The notes: generated by a model not told the origin, from the sequence alone. A stretch of 32,000 nt of DNA from Promethearchaeum syntrophicum (GCF_008000775.2 NZ_CP042905.2:960001-992000); one strand, 5' to 3'; positions 1-8,065 are shown, numbered from the stretch's first letter. Program-made: numbers and translations.

Positions 1-1
1 T

Positions 2-262
2 GAATTAAAAGATGAAAATTCAAATCTAGTTGTTGATGTGAGAGGACGTGGATTGATGTGGGGCGTGGAATTTGTTAATGATCGATACGGCATCGGTTAT
101 ACCCTTCAAATGATTCAGAATGGAATTTGGGCAGATTATTGTGGTAATCGAGAAAATACAATCAAATTGATGCCTCCGTTAATTGTGAACGAAATTGAGA
201 TGAGAGAAATAATGGTTCGATTAAAAAAAGCTATGAATAAGCTACCACAACCAAAGGAATAA
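2..262 (+). CDS. class-III PLP-dependent aminotransferase, C-terminal fragment (gene starts upstream of the window)
   Basis: The frame is open from base 2. The translation ELKDENSNLVVDVRGRGLMWGVEF...NTIKLMPPLIV matches the C-terminal signature of acetylornithine/GABA-type aminotransferases (VRGxGLMxGxEF ... PPL). The GTG at 38 in the ORF track is internal. Confidence 0.7.
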   Translation, partial: ELKDENSNLVVDVRGRGLMWGVEFVNDRYGIGYTLQMIQNGIWADYCGNRENTIKLMPPLIVNEIEMREIMVRLKKAMNKLPQPKE

Positions 263-294
263 TATAATAATTCGTTAAATGAGGAGATAATAAG

Positions 295-1320
295 ATGGAA
301 ATGAAAGGAAAGTTAGGAGTATTTTTAAGTAAAATTAAGAATGAAAGTGGAGAGTACGAAATTCTACAACTACTTGAAAAATCGTTAGATACAACCAATC
401 CAGAAAAAGGAGAAGTTCCAATAAAATTGCTTGGGTTTGGAGAAATTAGTTTAGTTTTTGAAATTTTGTCAGATAAAACAAAAAATCTTGCCTTCAAACG
501 CCTTCCTATCTTTGATAGTGAAGAACAAGTTAATAAACATATTAACGGTTATAATGAATACAATCGATTACTTAATGATGATCTTCAAATCGAAGTCCCA
601 CCTAGTGACGCTGCTTGGGTTTATGCTGACAAGAAAATGAAAAAAATTTCTCTCTACTGTATTCAAGATAAAATCTCTCAACCCGAATCAATTGGAAATA
701 AGATTATCCATCAAGTCGGGATAGATGATGTTAAAAATTTGATATTAATTATCATGCGCGAAACCAAAAAAGTCTGGAAATTTAATAAAAGTAATGTAGA
801 TAATGGAAAGCAAATTGGTTTAGATGGACAAATATCTAATTGGGTTGTAAAGAATTTTGATCCCAAGGATCCCCATGTCACGATTGATAGTAAACTTGTT
901 TATATTGACACGTCAACTCCTATGTTTAGAATCAATGGAGAAGATGCGATGGAAGGAATTTTATTCTTAAAAAGTGCCCCTTTTTTTCTGCGATGGATTT
1001 TGAAATTGTTCTTTTTAGATGAAGTTTTAGATCGCTATTATGATTGGCGCGAAGTAATAATCGATTTAATCGCTAATTTTCACAAAGAACAATTACCTGA
1101 AATGATTCCAGACTTACTCAATGTAGTTAATGAATTTTTTGTATCGGAAGCCAAAGAATTTAATATTGAACCGATAACTTTGAAGGAAATTGATAAATAT
1201 TATAAAAATGATAAGATGATTTGGGTTTTGTTTCAAAATTTCAGACGGTTTGACCGTTTCCTAAAGAAGATATTTAGAAAGAAATATGACTTCTATCTAC
1301 CTGATAAAATTAAAAGATAA
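295..1320 (+). CDS. hypothetical protein with protein-kinase-like motifs
   Basis: 341-aa ORF with GAGGAG 8-13 nt upstream of the ATG. Motifs read by eye: GFGEISLVFE...LAFKRLP (Gly-rich loop plus Lys), LDGQISNW (DxxxxN catalytic-loop-like) and YIDTS (Asp at the DFG position). Confidence 0.45.
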   Translation: MEMKGKLGVFLSKIKNESGEYEILQLLEKSLDTTNPEKGEVPIKLLGFGEISLVFEILSDKTKNLAFKRLPIFDSEEQVNKHINGYNEYNRLLNDDLQIEVPPSDAAWVYADKKMKKISLYCIQDKISQPESIGNKIIHQVGIDDVKNLILIIMRETKKVWKFNKSNVDNGKQIGLDGQISNWVVKNFDPKDPHVTIDSKLVYIDTSTPMFRINGEDAMEGILFLKSAPFFLRWILKLFFLDEVLDRYYDWREVIIDLIANFHKEQLPEMIPDLLNVVNEFFVSEAKEFNIEPITLKEIDKYYKNDKMIWVLFQNFRRFDRFLKKIFRKKYDFYLPDKIKR

Positions 1321-1330
1321 TTAAAGCTTC

Positions 1331-1948
1331 TCAAAGATCTTTTCGCATTGTGTGAATTGCATCAATATCTAAAAATATTTTTGCTAACCAGATTTTTTTA
1401 GTTGAAATTATTTTAAAGCCATATGATTTATACAAGGAAATCGCACCTTGATTTCGGCTTAAAACCGATAATTCTAAATGTTTCATATTTTTTTTTCTTG
1501 CTAAATCCTCAGAAAATTGCAATAGTTTATACCCAATCCCTTTTTTTCTATAAGTTTGATCTACTCCTAAAGCTTTTATTTCTAAGGTATTTGGTTTAAC
1601 TTTTTCATAATCTTCAATAGACGTAATAATACTAGTTCGAAAAGCATACCATACTTTCATTTTTTGCCGGAGAGTTTTAAAAATGAATCTAAATGATTCT
1701 GGTTTCATTTTCATGTAAATTAAATTTAAAGCAGCCACATATTTCCCATCATATTCTAAGATATAAATTCCGTGGAAATCCTCTTTTTTCATGCGATTTA
1801 ATTTCAATAGTTTTACCAATTCAATATAATCTTCTTCAGGAATGCTTTTAAAGAAAAATGGAAATTTATCATTAAAAGCTTGTGAAATTATTCGAGAAAA
1901 CTCACCTATGTTGGTAGGATCGCATTTTCTGATTGAAATATTAACCAT
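1331..1948 (-). CDS. GNAT-family N-acetyltransferase
   Basis: The acetyl-CoA motif A is present in LGVDQTYRKKGIGYKLL (R-x-x-G-x-G). The length of 205 aa is typical for the family. Confidence 0.75.
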   Translation of the reverse strand: MVNISIRKCDPTNIGEFSRIISQAFNDKFPFFFKSIPEEDYIELVKLLKLNRMKKEDFHGIYILEYDGKYVAALNLIYMKMKPESFRFIFKTLRQKMKVWYAFRTSIITSIEDYEKVKPNTLEIKALGVDQTYRKKGIGYKLLQFSEDLARKKNMKHLELSVLSRNQGAISLYKSYGFKIISTKKIWLAKIFLDIDAIHTMRKDL

Positions 1949-1957
1949 TTTAATTCT

Positions 1958-2365
1958 CTAATCCAGTAGTTTTTTAAGTAAATGTTCTACTTTTTCTTTA
2001 ATGTTATCTCTTGTTTTTCTGAAAAATTGAATATCCTTTCCCCAAGGATCTTCTAGATCCCAATCTTCAACATTTGGAACCCCAATCGGCACTGGACAAG
2101 ATTCTTGAACTCCACGTCCCATAGATATAAAATGTGTAGAGACTCTTAACATATCAACAGTAATTAATTTTGGTTTTTGATGTGAAATATCAATTCCAAG
2201 TTCTTTCATTACCTGAACTGCAAAAGGGGTTACTTTTTCTTCTGGTTTTGTTCCAGCGGATTGTATGGATGCTTTTCCTTTACTCAAATGTTTAGCAATT
2301 CCTTCAGCCATTTGGGATCGACATGAATTACCAATACAAGCAAAAAGAATAGAAAACTTTTCCAT
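1958..2365 (-). CDS. low-molecular-weight phosphotyrosine phosphatase / ArsC-family arsenate reductase
   Basis: The N-terminal P-loop ILFACIGNSCRSQMAEG fits C-x5-R-S. The length is 135 aa, and a DPWG-like region lies near the C-terminus. Confidence 0.8.
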   Translation of the reverse strand: MEKFSILFACIGNSCRSQMAEGIAKHLSKGKASIQSAGTKPEEKVTPFAVQVMKELGIDISHQKPKLITVDMLRVSTHFISMGRGVQESCPVPIGVPNVEDWDLEDPWGKDIQFFRKTRDNIKEKVEHLLKKLLD

Positions 2366-2378
2366 TAATAATCACAAG

Positions 2379-2648
2379 TTAGAGTTTATTATCAAAAAGA
2401 ACAACATCAGCTATTTTATATTCTTCTGAATAAAATTGTTTAATTTTTTCTCTCTGCTTATCAGATAAATTCTCCGAATATGCTTTAAATAAGCGCGCTA
2501 AAGCTTCCTTTATTTTTGGACCATCTAAATCATTGAGTTGAACGAATCTTTGATTGACGCTGATTTTAATTTCTGTGAGTTTAATTTGTTCACGCATTGT
2601 TTTTTCTAAGATTTTTTTTAATTGTTCGGATGAATTATTTGAATCCAT
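2379..2648 (-). CDS. hypothetical protein (helical, 89 aa)
   Basis: This is a clean ORF packed tightly between same-strand genes. I recognised no motif. Confidence 0.5.
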   Translation of the reverse strand: MDSNNSSEQLKKILEKTMREQIKLTEIKISVNQRFVQLNDLDGPKIKEALARLFKAYSENLSDKQREKIKQFYSEEYKIADVVLFDNKL

Positions 2649-2679
2649 AATTTTACTGTAATTTTTTTCATTTATAGAT

Positions 2680-3144
2680 TTATATTTTTTTCCACATTTC
2701 AGTTCCGTGTTTAAATCCTAGTTCTTGATAAAGAGGTAATCCCATATCGGAAGCATGTAGTGTTACTTTCTCAATATGTTCTGTTTTAAGCCATTTGATT
2801 ATAGTTTCCATAATCATTTTTCCGATACCTTGCCTCCTATATTCCTCTATTACAACTAAATTCATAACATACCCTTGTTTTCCTGACATATTTGAAGAAC
2901 TAGGAGGATGTTGATCTATTACTAGCCCTCCTGAGGCTATGCCTATCTGGGATGGCGAATCAACGATCCATCCTTTGAATTCACCGGTTGGAATCGTTTT
3001 TCGAAAATAGTTTTTTGCTTTGACAAGGCTTTTTTCTAATAATTCACCACTATCTTCCATGGATTCAAACATAATACGGCGTAAATTTAAAAAATCACTA
3101 ATGTCTTTTAGTGATACTTCTCTAATTATAAATTTCTCTTGCAT
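2680..3144 (-). CDS. GNAT-family N-acetyltransferase
   Basis: Motif A is present in VVIEEYRRQGIGKMIM. I trimmed the start to Met22 (MQEKFIIREV), which removes the 56-nt overlap with the TatD gene that the longest ORF (to 3207) would create. Confidence 0.75.
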   Translation of the reverse strand: MQEKFIIREVSLKDISDFLNLRRIMFESMEDSGELLEKSLVKAKNYFRKTIPTGEFKGWIVDSPSQIGIASGGLVIDQHPPSSSNMSGKQGYVMNLVVIEEYRRQGIGKMIMETIIKWLKTEHIEKVTLHASDMGLPLYQELGFKHGTEMWKKI

Positions 3145-3151
3145 ATATTTG

Positions 3152-4069
3152 TCAACCCTGCATAATTTTAAAAAAATTTTTGGCATTGTCAAATACAATT
3201 TTAGCAACTTCCTGTTGTTCCATTAAATGAGAAAAAGCCAGAGCGGTAATTGCATATTTTACGTTTCTAGGGGTATTTGATACACCATATTGATACGGGT
3301 GTTGATAAGGTGCATCAGTTTCAGTTACAATATTTGAAATGGGAACTTCAGATGAAAAATTTCTCATTTTTTTATTTCCATAAGCAGAACTTATTACAGA
3401 TATTATGAAACCTTGTGATGCAATTTTGTTACCCCATTCTTTAGTTGGACCAGAAAAACAATGCCACATTACTCTTGAAGGCTCAATTTCTTCCTCCTCT
3501 AAGATTTTTAAGATAATTTTATTCACGCTATCAAAATCATTAAACTCATGGTTAGGATTATCAGTGTCTACATCATTTTGGGTAGGATTTCTAACATGAA
3601 GGATGTAGGGTTTATTCAAGGTTTTTGTCTCTTGAATGATTTTTTTAAATATTTCGATTTGATGATTCCTTTTATCCAGTTTCTTAGCATGGTGAAAATC
3701 TAAACCGATTTCTCCAATTCCTAAGTAATTACTATAATTATGTGGGTTTTTAATATAATCCATCCATTGGGAAAAGTCTTCATCGTGTTTCTTCTTATTT
3801 GTAAAAGTAACAGTCTGAGGTGCCCACCCTGATGTGAATCCCATATGTTCATGACTTTCTACAAAATCTCGGATAAATTGGAGGGATTCCCAATCAACTG
3901 AACTCGAAATAATATATTTTCCCCCTTCTTTAAAAAATAAATCATACTGATTTTCATACGTTTCATCCATTCTGGCTGGATTTTGATTCCATGGAATATG
4001 ACAATGACAATCTATAAATTGTAAAAATGATTCCGGTTCTATTGGGACAATTCCCCTTTTTTTCTTCAT
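3152..4069 (-). CDS. TatD-family metal-dependent hydrolase
   Basis: The ordered TatD/amidohydrolase metal-ligand motifs are all present: DCHCHIPW (HxH), GEIGLDFHH, ILHVRN, WHCFSG and TETDAPY. The start codon lies inside the attL core. Confidence 0.75.
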   Translation of the reverse strand: MKKKRGIVPIEPESFLQFIDCHCHIPWNQNPARMDETYENQYDLFFKEGGKYIISSSVDWESLQFIRDFVESHEHMGFTSGWAPQTVTFTNKKKHDEDFSQWMDYIKNPHNYSNYLGIGEIGLDFHHAKKLDKRNHQIEIFKKIIQETKTLNKPYILHVRNPTQNDVDTDNPNHEFNDFDSVNKIILKILEEEEIEPSRVMWHCFSGPTKEWGNKIASQGFIISVISSAYGNKKMRNFSSEVPISNIVTETDAPYQHPYQYGVSNTPRNVKYAITALAFSHLMEQQEVAKIVFDNAKNFFKIMQG

Positions 4070-4073
4070 AAAA
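4060..4073. repeat. attL core (direct repeat, crossover region CTTCAT 4064-4069)
   Basis: This is an exact 14-mer copy of 18320-18333. The element-side flank AAAACACCTT (4070-4079) is the reverse complement of AAGGTGTTTT (18314-18323). Confidence 0.7.
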
Positions 4074-4258
4074 CACCTTTATCTGAAGTTTTTTTATAAA
4101 CTTTTCTAAAAGACCTATTTACTAAAAGAAATAATATTTTATAAACAAATTAAAAGAAATATATGCTCTTTGAAATACTTTTTTCAATTTATTTTTATGA
4201 TTTTTATTCCATTTTATGATATATAAATATTTACTCTTTAAACAGATAGACTTTCCAG

Positions 4259-4298
4259 CGTATTACGTTAAAAAAAAACGTATTACGAACGTATTACG
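4259..4298. promoter_or_regulatory. three copies of the 9-bp palindrome CGTATTACG (operator-like) upstream of the RHH operon
   Basis: Exact copies lie at 4259-4267, 4279-4287 and 4290-4298. The last two are 11 bp apart start to start. An AT-rich TATA-like TTTAAATTT follows at 4306-4314. Confidence 0.6.
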
Positions 4299-4368
4299 CA
4301 ATAGATTTAAATTTATCAGATAGGTTAGTTAATTATATTAATTAAATAAAAATAAAATTGATTAAATT

Positions 4369-4608
4369 ATGCCAAAAAATAAAAAAATTGAAACAGGTTC
4401 TCAAATAACATTTGGATTATTACCATCACAAAAAGAACAGTTTGAATTAGAAGCATCTGAACAACAAATTTCATTAGGTCAATTATTACGAAACAAACTA
4501 TTCGGATATGAAAAATTAACAAAAGAAAGGGAAGAAATTGGAAAGGAAATTACTGATTATTTAAAAAAGAATCTAACTAAAGAATATCTTATTAAAATCT
4601 TAAAATAA
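4369..4608 (+). CDS. ribbon-helix-helix (CopG/Arc-like) DNA-binding protein, putative
   Basis: SQITFGLLPSQKEQFELEASEQQISLGQLLRNKL reads as a beta strand, helix, turn and helix. It is the first gene after the palindrome cluster. Confidence 0.5.
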   Translation: MPKNKKIETGSQITFGLLPSQKEQFELEASEQQISLGQLLRNKLFGYEKLTKEREEIGKEITDYLKKNLTKEYLIKILK

Positions 4609-4627
4609 TACTCAGTTTGATTAAGAG

Positions 4628-4840
4628 TTGACTAATTTGGTGATATTCAAAAAGAAACATAAAGAAAATGAAGAAATTGAAAATCTATATAAAAGAGATA
4701 TTAATAAGTTAAAAACAATCAAGAAACGTGCTCTCGTAAAAAAAATTAACCAAGATTATGATATTCGAAAATTCTATGAAAATTATATGAGTATTATTAA
4801 AAATGGATTTATAAAAAAACCAAAAATGAGCAGAAAATAG
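4628..4840 (+). CDS. hypothetical Lys-rich small protein
   Basis: 70-codon ORF with a non-ATG (TTG) start. Its stop overlaps the next start (TAGTG). Support is weak. Confidence 0.35.
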   Translation: MTNLVIFKKKHKENEEIENLYKRDINKLKTIKKRALVKKINQDYDIRKFYENYMSIIKNGFIKKPKMSRK

Positions 4841-5280
4841 TGGTAAAGAAAACAAAAAAGGAAAGTAAAATGAGTAAAACAAAATACGTATATTGGGAAA
4901 CATTAGAAAATAGAAAAAAGGTCAAGAAAAAAAAGTGGATGAAGAAATTCATGAAAAATAAAATTACAACATTGACACTTGAAGAAATTTTAAAAGAGGT
5001 CAATAGACATCAGGATTATTTTTTATCAATAGTAGACGAAAATCATAGTATTCATTACCTTAATGGTTTTGTCGGTGTGGGTGCCTTAAAAGAACCTCGA
5101 GACCATCTTGGTTATCTCAATACAATAGTTATGTATAGTTGTGGATATAATCTTGATGGCAGCGAAATTAAGAAACTAAGCGAACAGGAATTCACTCTTG
5201 AAGAGGCTGAAGATATGGTAGAAGTTCTAAAAATTTGTATTGAGCGGTATAAAGAGCGTGAACATAGAAAAAAGGATTGA
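4840..5280 (+). CDS. hypothetical protein (146 aa, Lys-rich N-terminus)
   Basis: The ORF has a GTG start coupled to the upstream stop. I recognised no motif. Confidence 0.5.
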   Translation: MVKKTKKESKMSKTKYVYWETLENRKKVKKKKWMKKFMKNKITTLTLEEILKEVNRHQDYFLSIVDENHSIHYLNGFVGVGALKEPRDHLGYLNTIVMYSCGYNLDGSEIKKLSEQEFTLEEAEDMVEVLKICIERYKEREHRKKD

Positions 5281-5285
5281 AAATA

Positions 5286-5561
5286 ATGGCAAAGAAAAAT
5301 ACAATTACGAAAAAACCAACAACTCTTGACATGTTGCATGAATTTGCTGAATATACTGGAAAAGAATTTGCAGAAGTTAAAAATCTCTATGAAAAGATGT
5401 TAATTAAGGAAAAAGAAAAAAATTTCAATAAATGGGATGGTAAAATTCTTGATAAGCGAGTTCTTGTGAAGTTAAGAAATTTATATGATGAAAGTCAATT
5501 TGTATTATATTCTAAAAAATTTAATTCAATGTGGTTTCTTTATTTTTCTAAGAATGTATGA
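5286..5561 (+). CDS. hypothetical protein (91 aa)
   Basis: I chose the first ATG, giving MAKKNTITKK. The ORF track instead starts at TTG 5277, which overlaps the upstream stop. Confidence 0.5.
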   Translation: MAKKNTITKKPTTLDMLHEFAEYTGKEFAEVKNLYEKMLIKEKEKNFNKWDGKILDKRVLVKLRNLYDESQFVLYSKKFNSMWFLYFSKNV

Positions 5562-5643
5562 ATAAGATTCTTTTTTTAGATACAATAGAAGGTTGTAAAA
5601 AGGAAAATGGAATTATTAATTTTTTTATATAGTTTTATACTAT

Positions 5644-5955
5644 TTAACTAACCAAAGATTCAATATCCATACCCATATTTTGCATTATTTTTATCATACA
5701 TTCATCAATTGGTCTCAAACCATTTTTATCCAAATCTCCAGACAGGTGTTTCATTAACAAATTCATAGGTAATTCGAGATCATCAGGGATTGGAATTTCT
5801 TCTTGATAAAGTAATAATCAATTAATAATTATTTTGAAGTTGTTTTTCACAAGAGTAGGTTCTTTATCGTAAATTGATATAAAATATCCACTAAAATTGT
5901 TAATTGTTATTATTTTCTGTTGTTTTTTGACTGTTTCAGTAAATTTTACTTTCAT
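5644..5955 (-). pseudogene. 104-codon reading frame interrupted by a single in-frame TGA (5818-5820)
   Basis: My translation is MKVKFTETVKKQQKIITINNFSGYFISIYDKEPTLVKNNFKIIIN*LLLYQEEIPIPDDLELPMNLLMKHLSGDLDKNGLRPIDECMIKIMQNMGMDIESLVS*. Each half is under 60 aa, so neither appears in the ORF track. Confidence 0.4.
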
Positions 5956-6197
5956 AGATTTCACCTAAATACTCGTTAATTAATACAGATTAAAACATAT
6001 ATTTACAAAAACGTGTTTTAAATTAATATAGTATAAAAATATCCTAATCTTTTTTTGTGATTTTTTTCTTAATTTTAAACTCCTACAGAGTTTTAAAAAT
6101 TAGGAAAATTCTAATTATAAGTGAATAAAATGAAATATAAAATCATTTAAATTGACTAATTATAATTTCAGTTGAGAATTAAAAAATGATGAAAAAA

Positions 6198-6851
6198 CTA
6201 TAATTCTACATAGGGCAAATCTTCATCAGGAACACGACCATAATAATGTGAAAGTTTCAACCTTAATTGATGTCTTATATCAACTGAAAGCTGCAAAATT
6301 TTGATTTTCTCAAAATTTTTTTTAATCTTACCATTTCCTTTAAGATTCTTACTTTCTACATAAAATACTCGAGTGAAATCAATCATGTAATCGTAAATAT
6401 TTGATTTGTTTCTAATGTATGATTTAAAAAAGGGATTTCCTTTAAAAATAAAGAAGTTTTTAAATGAATAAGTCGGAGATGCTCTATCATATTTTGCCTT
6501 TTCTTCATTCGTTAATGAAAGATAATTGGCTTTAGTAATCGCATTTTTTGGTGCAACTAAGCGATTAATTCTTGTAAGATCTTCATAAAAATAGGGATTA
6601 TTAAAAATTGTTGAATGGATTTCAAATAATGGAGCTAATGAAAAAAATTGAGGTCCTATAGAACAACATGGAGTCAGTATTACTAAAAATTCAGAATTTG
6701 AAATTTCCAATTTGAAATTTGAATTCTCTTGAATTGACAAAAACGGAGTGTTTATAATTGGATGTGTATGAGCAATTCCCTTAACTATGTCACCCAAACG
6801 GAGATTTCTTTCCATTTGTTCTTCGTAAAAATCTTCAATGATCATCATCAT
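6198..6851 (-). CDS. hypothetical protein, third gene of the three-gene cassette
   Basis: 227-aa ORF. The likely start is one of the ATG triplet at 6851/6848/6845, which overlaps the upstream stop (6835-6837) by 11-17 nt. Motifs noted: LGDIVKG, FLVILTPCCSI and a C-terminal LSVDIRHQLRLKLSHYYGRVP. Confidence 0.6.
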   Translation of the reverse strand: MMMIIEDFYEEQMERNLRLGDIVKGIAHTHPIINTPFLSIQENSNFKLEISNSEFLVILTPCCSIGPQFFSLAPLFEIHSTIFNNPYFYEDLTRINRLVAPKNAITKANYLSLTNEEKAKYDRASPTYSFKNFFIFKGNPFFKSYIRNKSNIYDYMIDFTRVFYVESKNLKGNGKIKKNFEKIKILQLSVDIRHQLRLKLSHYYGRVPDEDLPYVEL

Positions 6852-7092
6852 TATCTTCTGGGTTAAAATAAAATTGTTCAATATTTACTTCTGAAGATTT
6901 TATTTTCAACTTTTCATAATTAATAAAATCTTGATTTATTTCAATTTCAGTGATTCCAAGAAATTTTCCTTCCACATCAGTTTTAATTGAAACTAAATAC
7001 TTTTCAAATGGATATTTTACAATTAGAAAAGTTTCAGGATTTTCATGCTTAAAATGACCTATTTGATCAAAAATATCATCTTCATTACTCAT
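6835..7092 (-). CDS. small acidic hypothetical protein, second gene of the cassette
   Basis: 85 aa with acidic termini (MSNEDDIFD... and ...PEDNDDDH). The ATG at 7092 overlaps the upstream TAA (7085-7087) by 8 nt, giving the string ATGAGTAA. Confidence 0.6.
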   Translation of the reverse strand: MSNEDDIFDQIGHFKHENPETFLIVKYPFEKYLVSIKTDVEGKFLGITEIEINQDFINYEKLKIKSSEVNIEQFYFNPEDNDDDH

Positions 7093-7852
7093 CTAATTTA
7101 CCAGTCTCCATATATTTTATAATTGGATCTTTAATCGAATTTCCATATTCCTCAGTAATTAATTCATGTAATTCATCTAAAACATTAAGATAATCACTTG
7201 CATTGACATCTTGTGCGTATCCATCAAAATCCAAATACAATTTTTCAACGCCATCAATAATTTTCACTTTTTCTCCAAATCTTAGATAATTTTCTTCTCT
7301 TTTTACATCTGCAAAAAAAGCAATTTCTTTAGCATCATTTAAACCAAATCTACTTAGTGGAAAAGTAGAATTATATAATTTTAGAAAATTATTTTTATCT
7401 TTTGGCATTGGACATTCATCAATATACCTTAAACCAATTCGTTCAAAAACTAAAATTGGAATATATTCAAGAAAAACTTTCATAACTTCTATTATAACTT
7501 CTCTTAGACTATTATCTGGATCTCTTTGATAAGATTTATACTTAGTTGATGAAATCGATAGAGTATTTGAGGATATCTCTAATAAATAATTGCTAGATGA
7601 TTCAAATCTCCATATGGTATTACCAATTGGTTGATCAGAAATACTTGGGATTTTGGTATCAGGAGTAATGTTAGCAAATAAGATGTTGTGTTTTATAACT
7701 TTGGATGATTTAGGGAATTCTTTCATTAATTTTAATTGAATATCCCCAATTTTAGATCCGATCATAAAGAGATTAGAATACCTAATTTGAAATATAACTT
7801 GCTTTGCAGTAGCATATTTATAGGATTTAGTAATTTTAACCATTAAGATCAC
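7085..7852 (-). CDS. TIGR04255-like hypothetical protein, first gene of the cassette
   Basis: The length is about 255 aa. The N-terminal YKYATAKQVIFQIRYS...IQLKLMKEFPK resembles, from memory, the N-terminal signature of the uncharacterised TIGR04255 family. Start is GTG at 7852 or, more likely, ATG at 7843. Confidence 0.5.
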   Translation of the reverse strand: MILMVKITKSYKYATAKQVIFQIRYSNLFMIGSKIGDIQLKLMKEFPKSSKVIKHNILFANITPDTKIPSISDQPIGNTIWRFESSSNYLLEISSNTLSISSTKYKSYQRDPDNSLREVIIEVMKVFLEYIPILVFERIGLRYIDECPMPKDKNNFLKLYNSTFPLSRFGLNDAKEIAFFADVKREENYLRFGEKVKIIDGVEKLYLDFDGYAQDVNASDYLNVLDELHELITEEYGNSIKDPIIKYMETGKLDE

Positions 7853-7921
7853 TTTGTTAGATATTCAATATATTTTTACTTATTAAAAAAAATATAATGA
7901 TCTAATAAAATTTGAATACTA

Positions 7922-7981
7922 TTATAAAGAAGATAATGAAAATATTAAAATAAAAATTGGCAAAATCATCTCTTTTGTCAT
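7922..7981 (-). CDS. 19-aa hydrophobic micro-ORF (MTKEMILPIFILIFSLSSL)
   Basis: AGGAGGA lies 9-10 nt upstream of ATG 7981, and the TAA stop is at 7922-7924. The ORF sits between the RM gene terminator tract and the cassette. Confidence 0.3.
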   Translation of the reverse strand: MTKEMILPIFILIFSLSSL

Positions 7982-8020
7982 AATTTATATTCCTCCTAAT
8001 TGATTATTTGAAAAGGTCAT

Positions 8021-8053
8021 AAAAAAAAAAAAAAGAAGAAAAAAAAAAAAGAA
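8021..8053 (-). terminator. oligo-T tract on the coding strand directly after the RM gene stop
   Basis: The plus strand reads A14-GAAG-A12-GAA at 8021-8053, which is T-rich on the minus strand 13 nt after the stop at 8066. Archaeal termination uses oligo-T. Confidence 0.45.
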
Positions 8054-8065
8054 TTAAATAATTTT

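Noticed and set aside
4157-4184. Partial similarity between ATATGCTCTTTGAAATACTTTTTT (left end), ATATGCTTTTGGATATTTTT (16572-16594) and TTTTGGATAT (18361-18370) as alternative att sequences.
   Set aside because: The matches are short, gapped and AT-rich, and my rough estimate says a 10-mer match is expected by chance between regions of this size. They also give no symmetric core, unlike the 14-mer pair.
5818-5820. The in-frame TGA as a selenocysteine codon.
   Set aside because: The context (IIIN-TGA-LLLY) is not a redox motif, there is no partner Cys, and I could see no obvious SECIS-like hairpin downstream.
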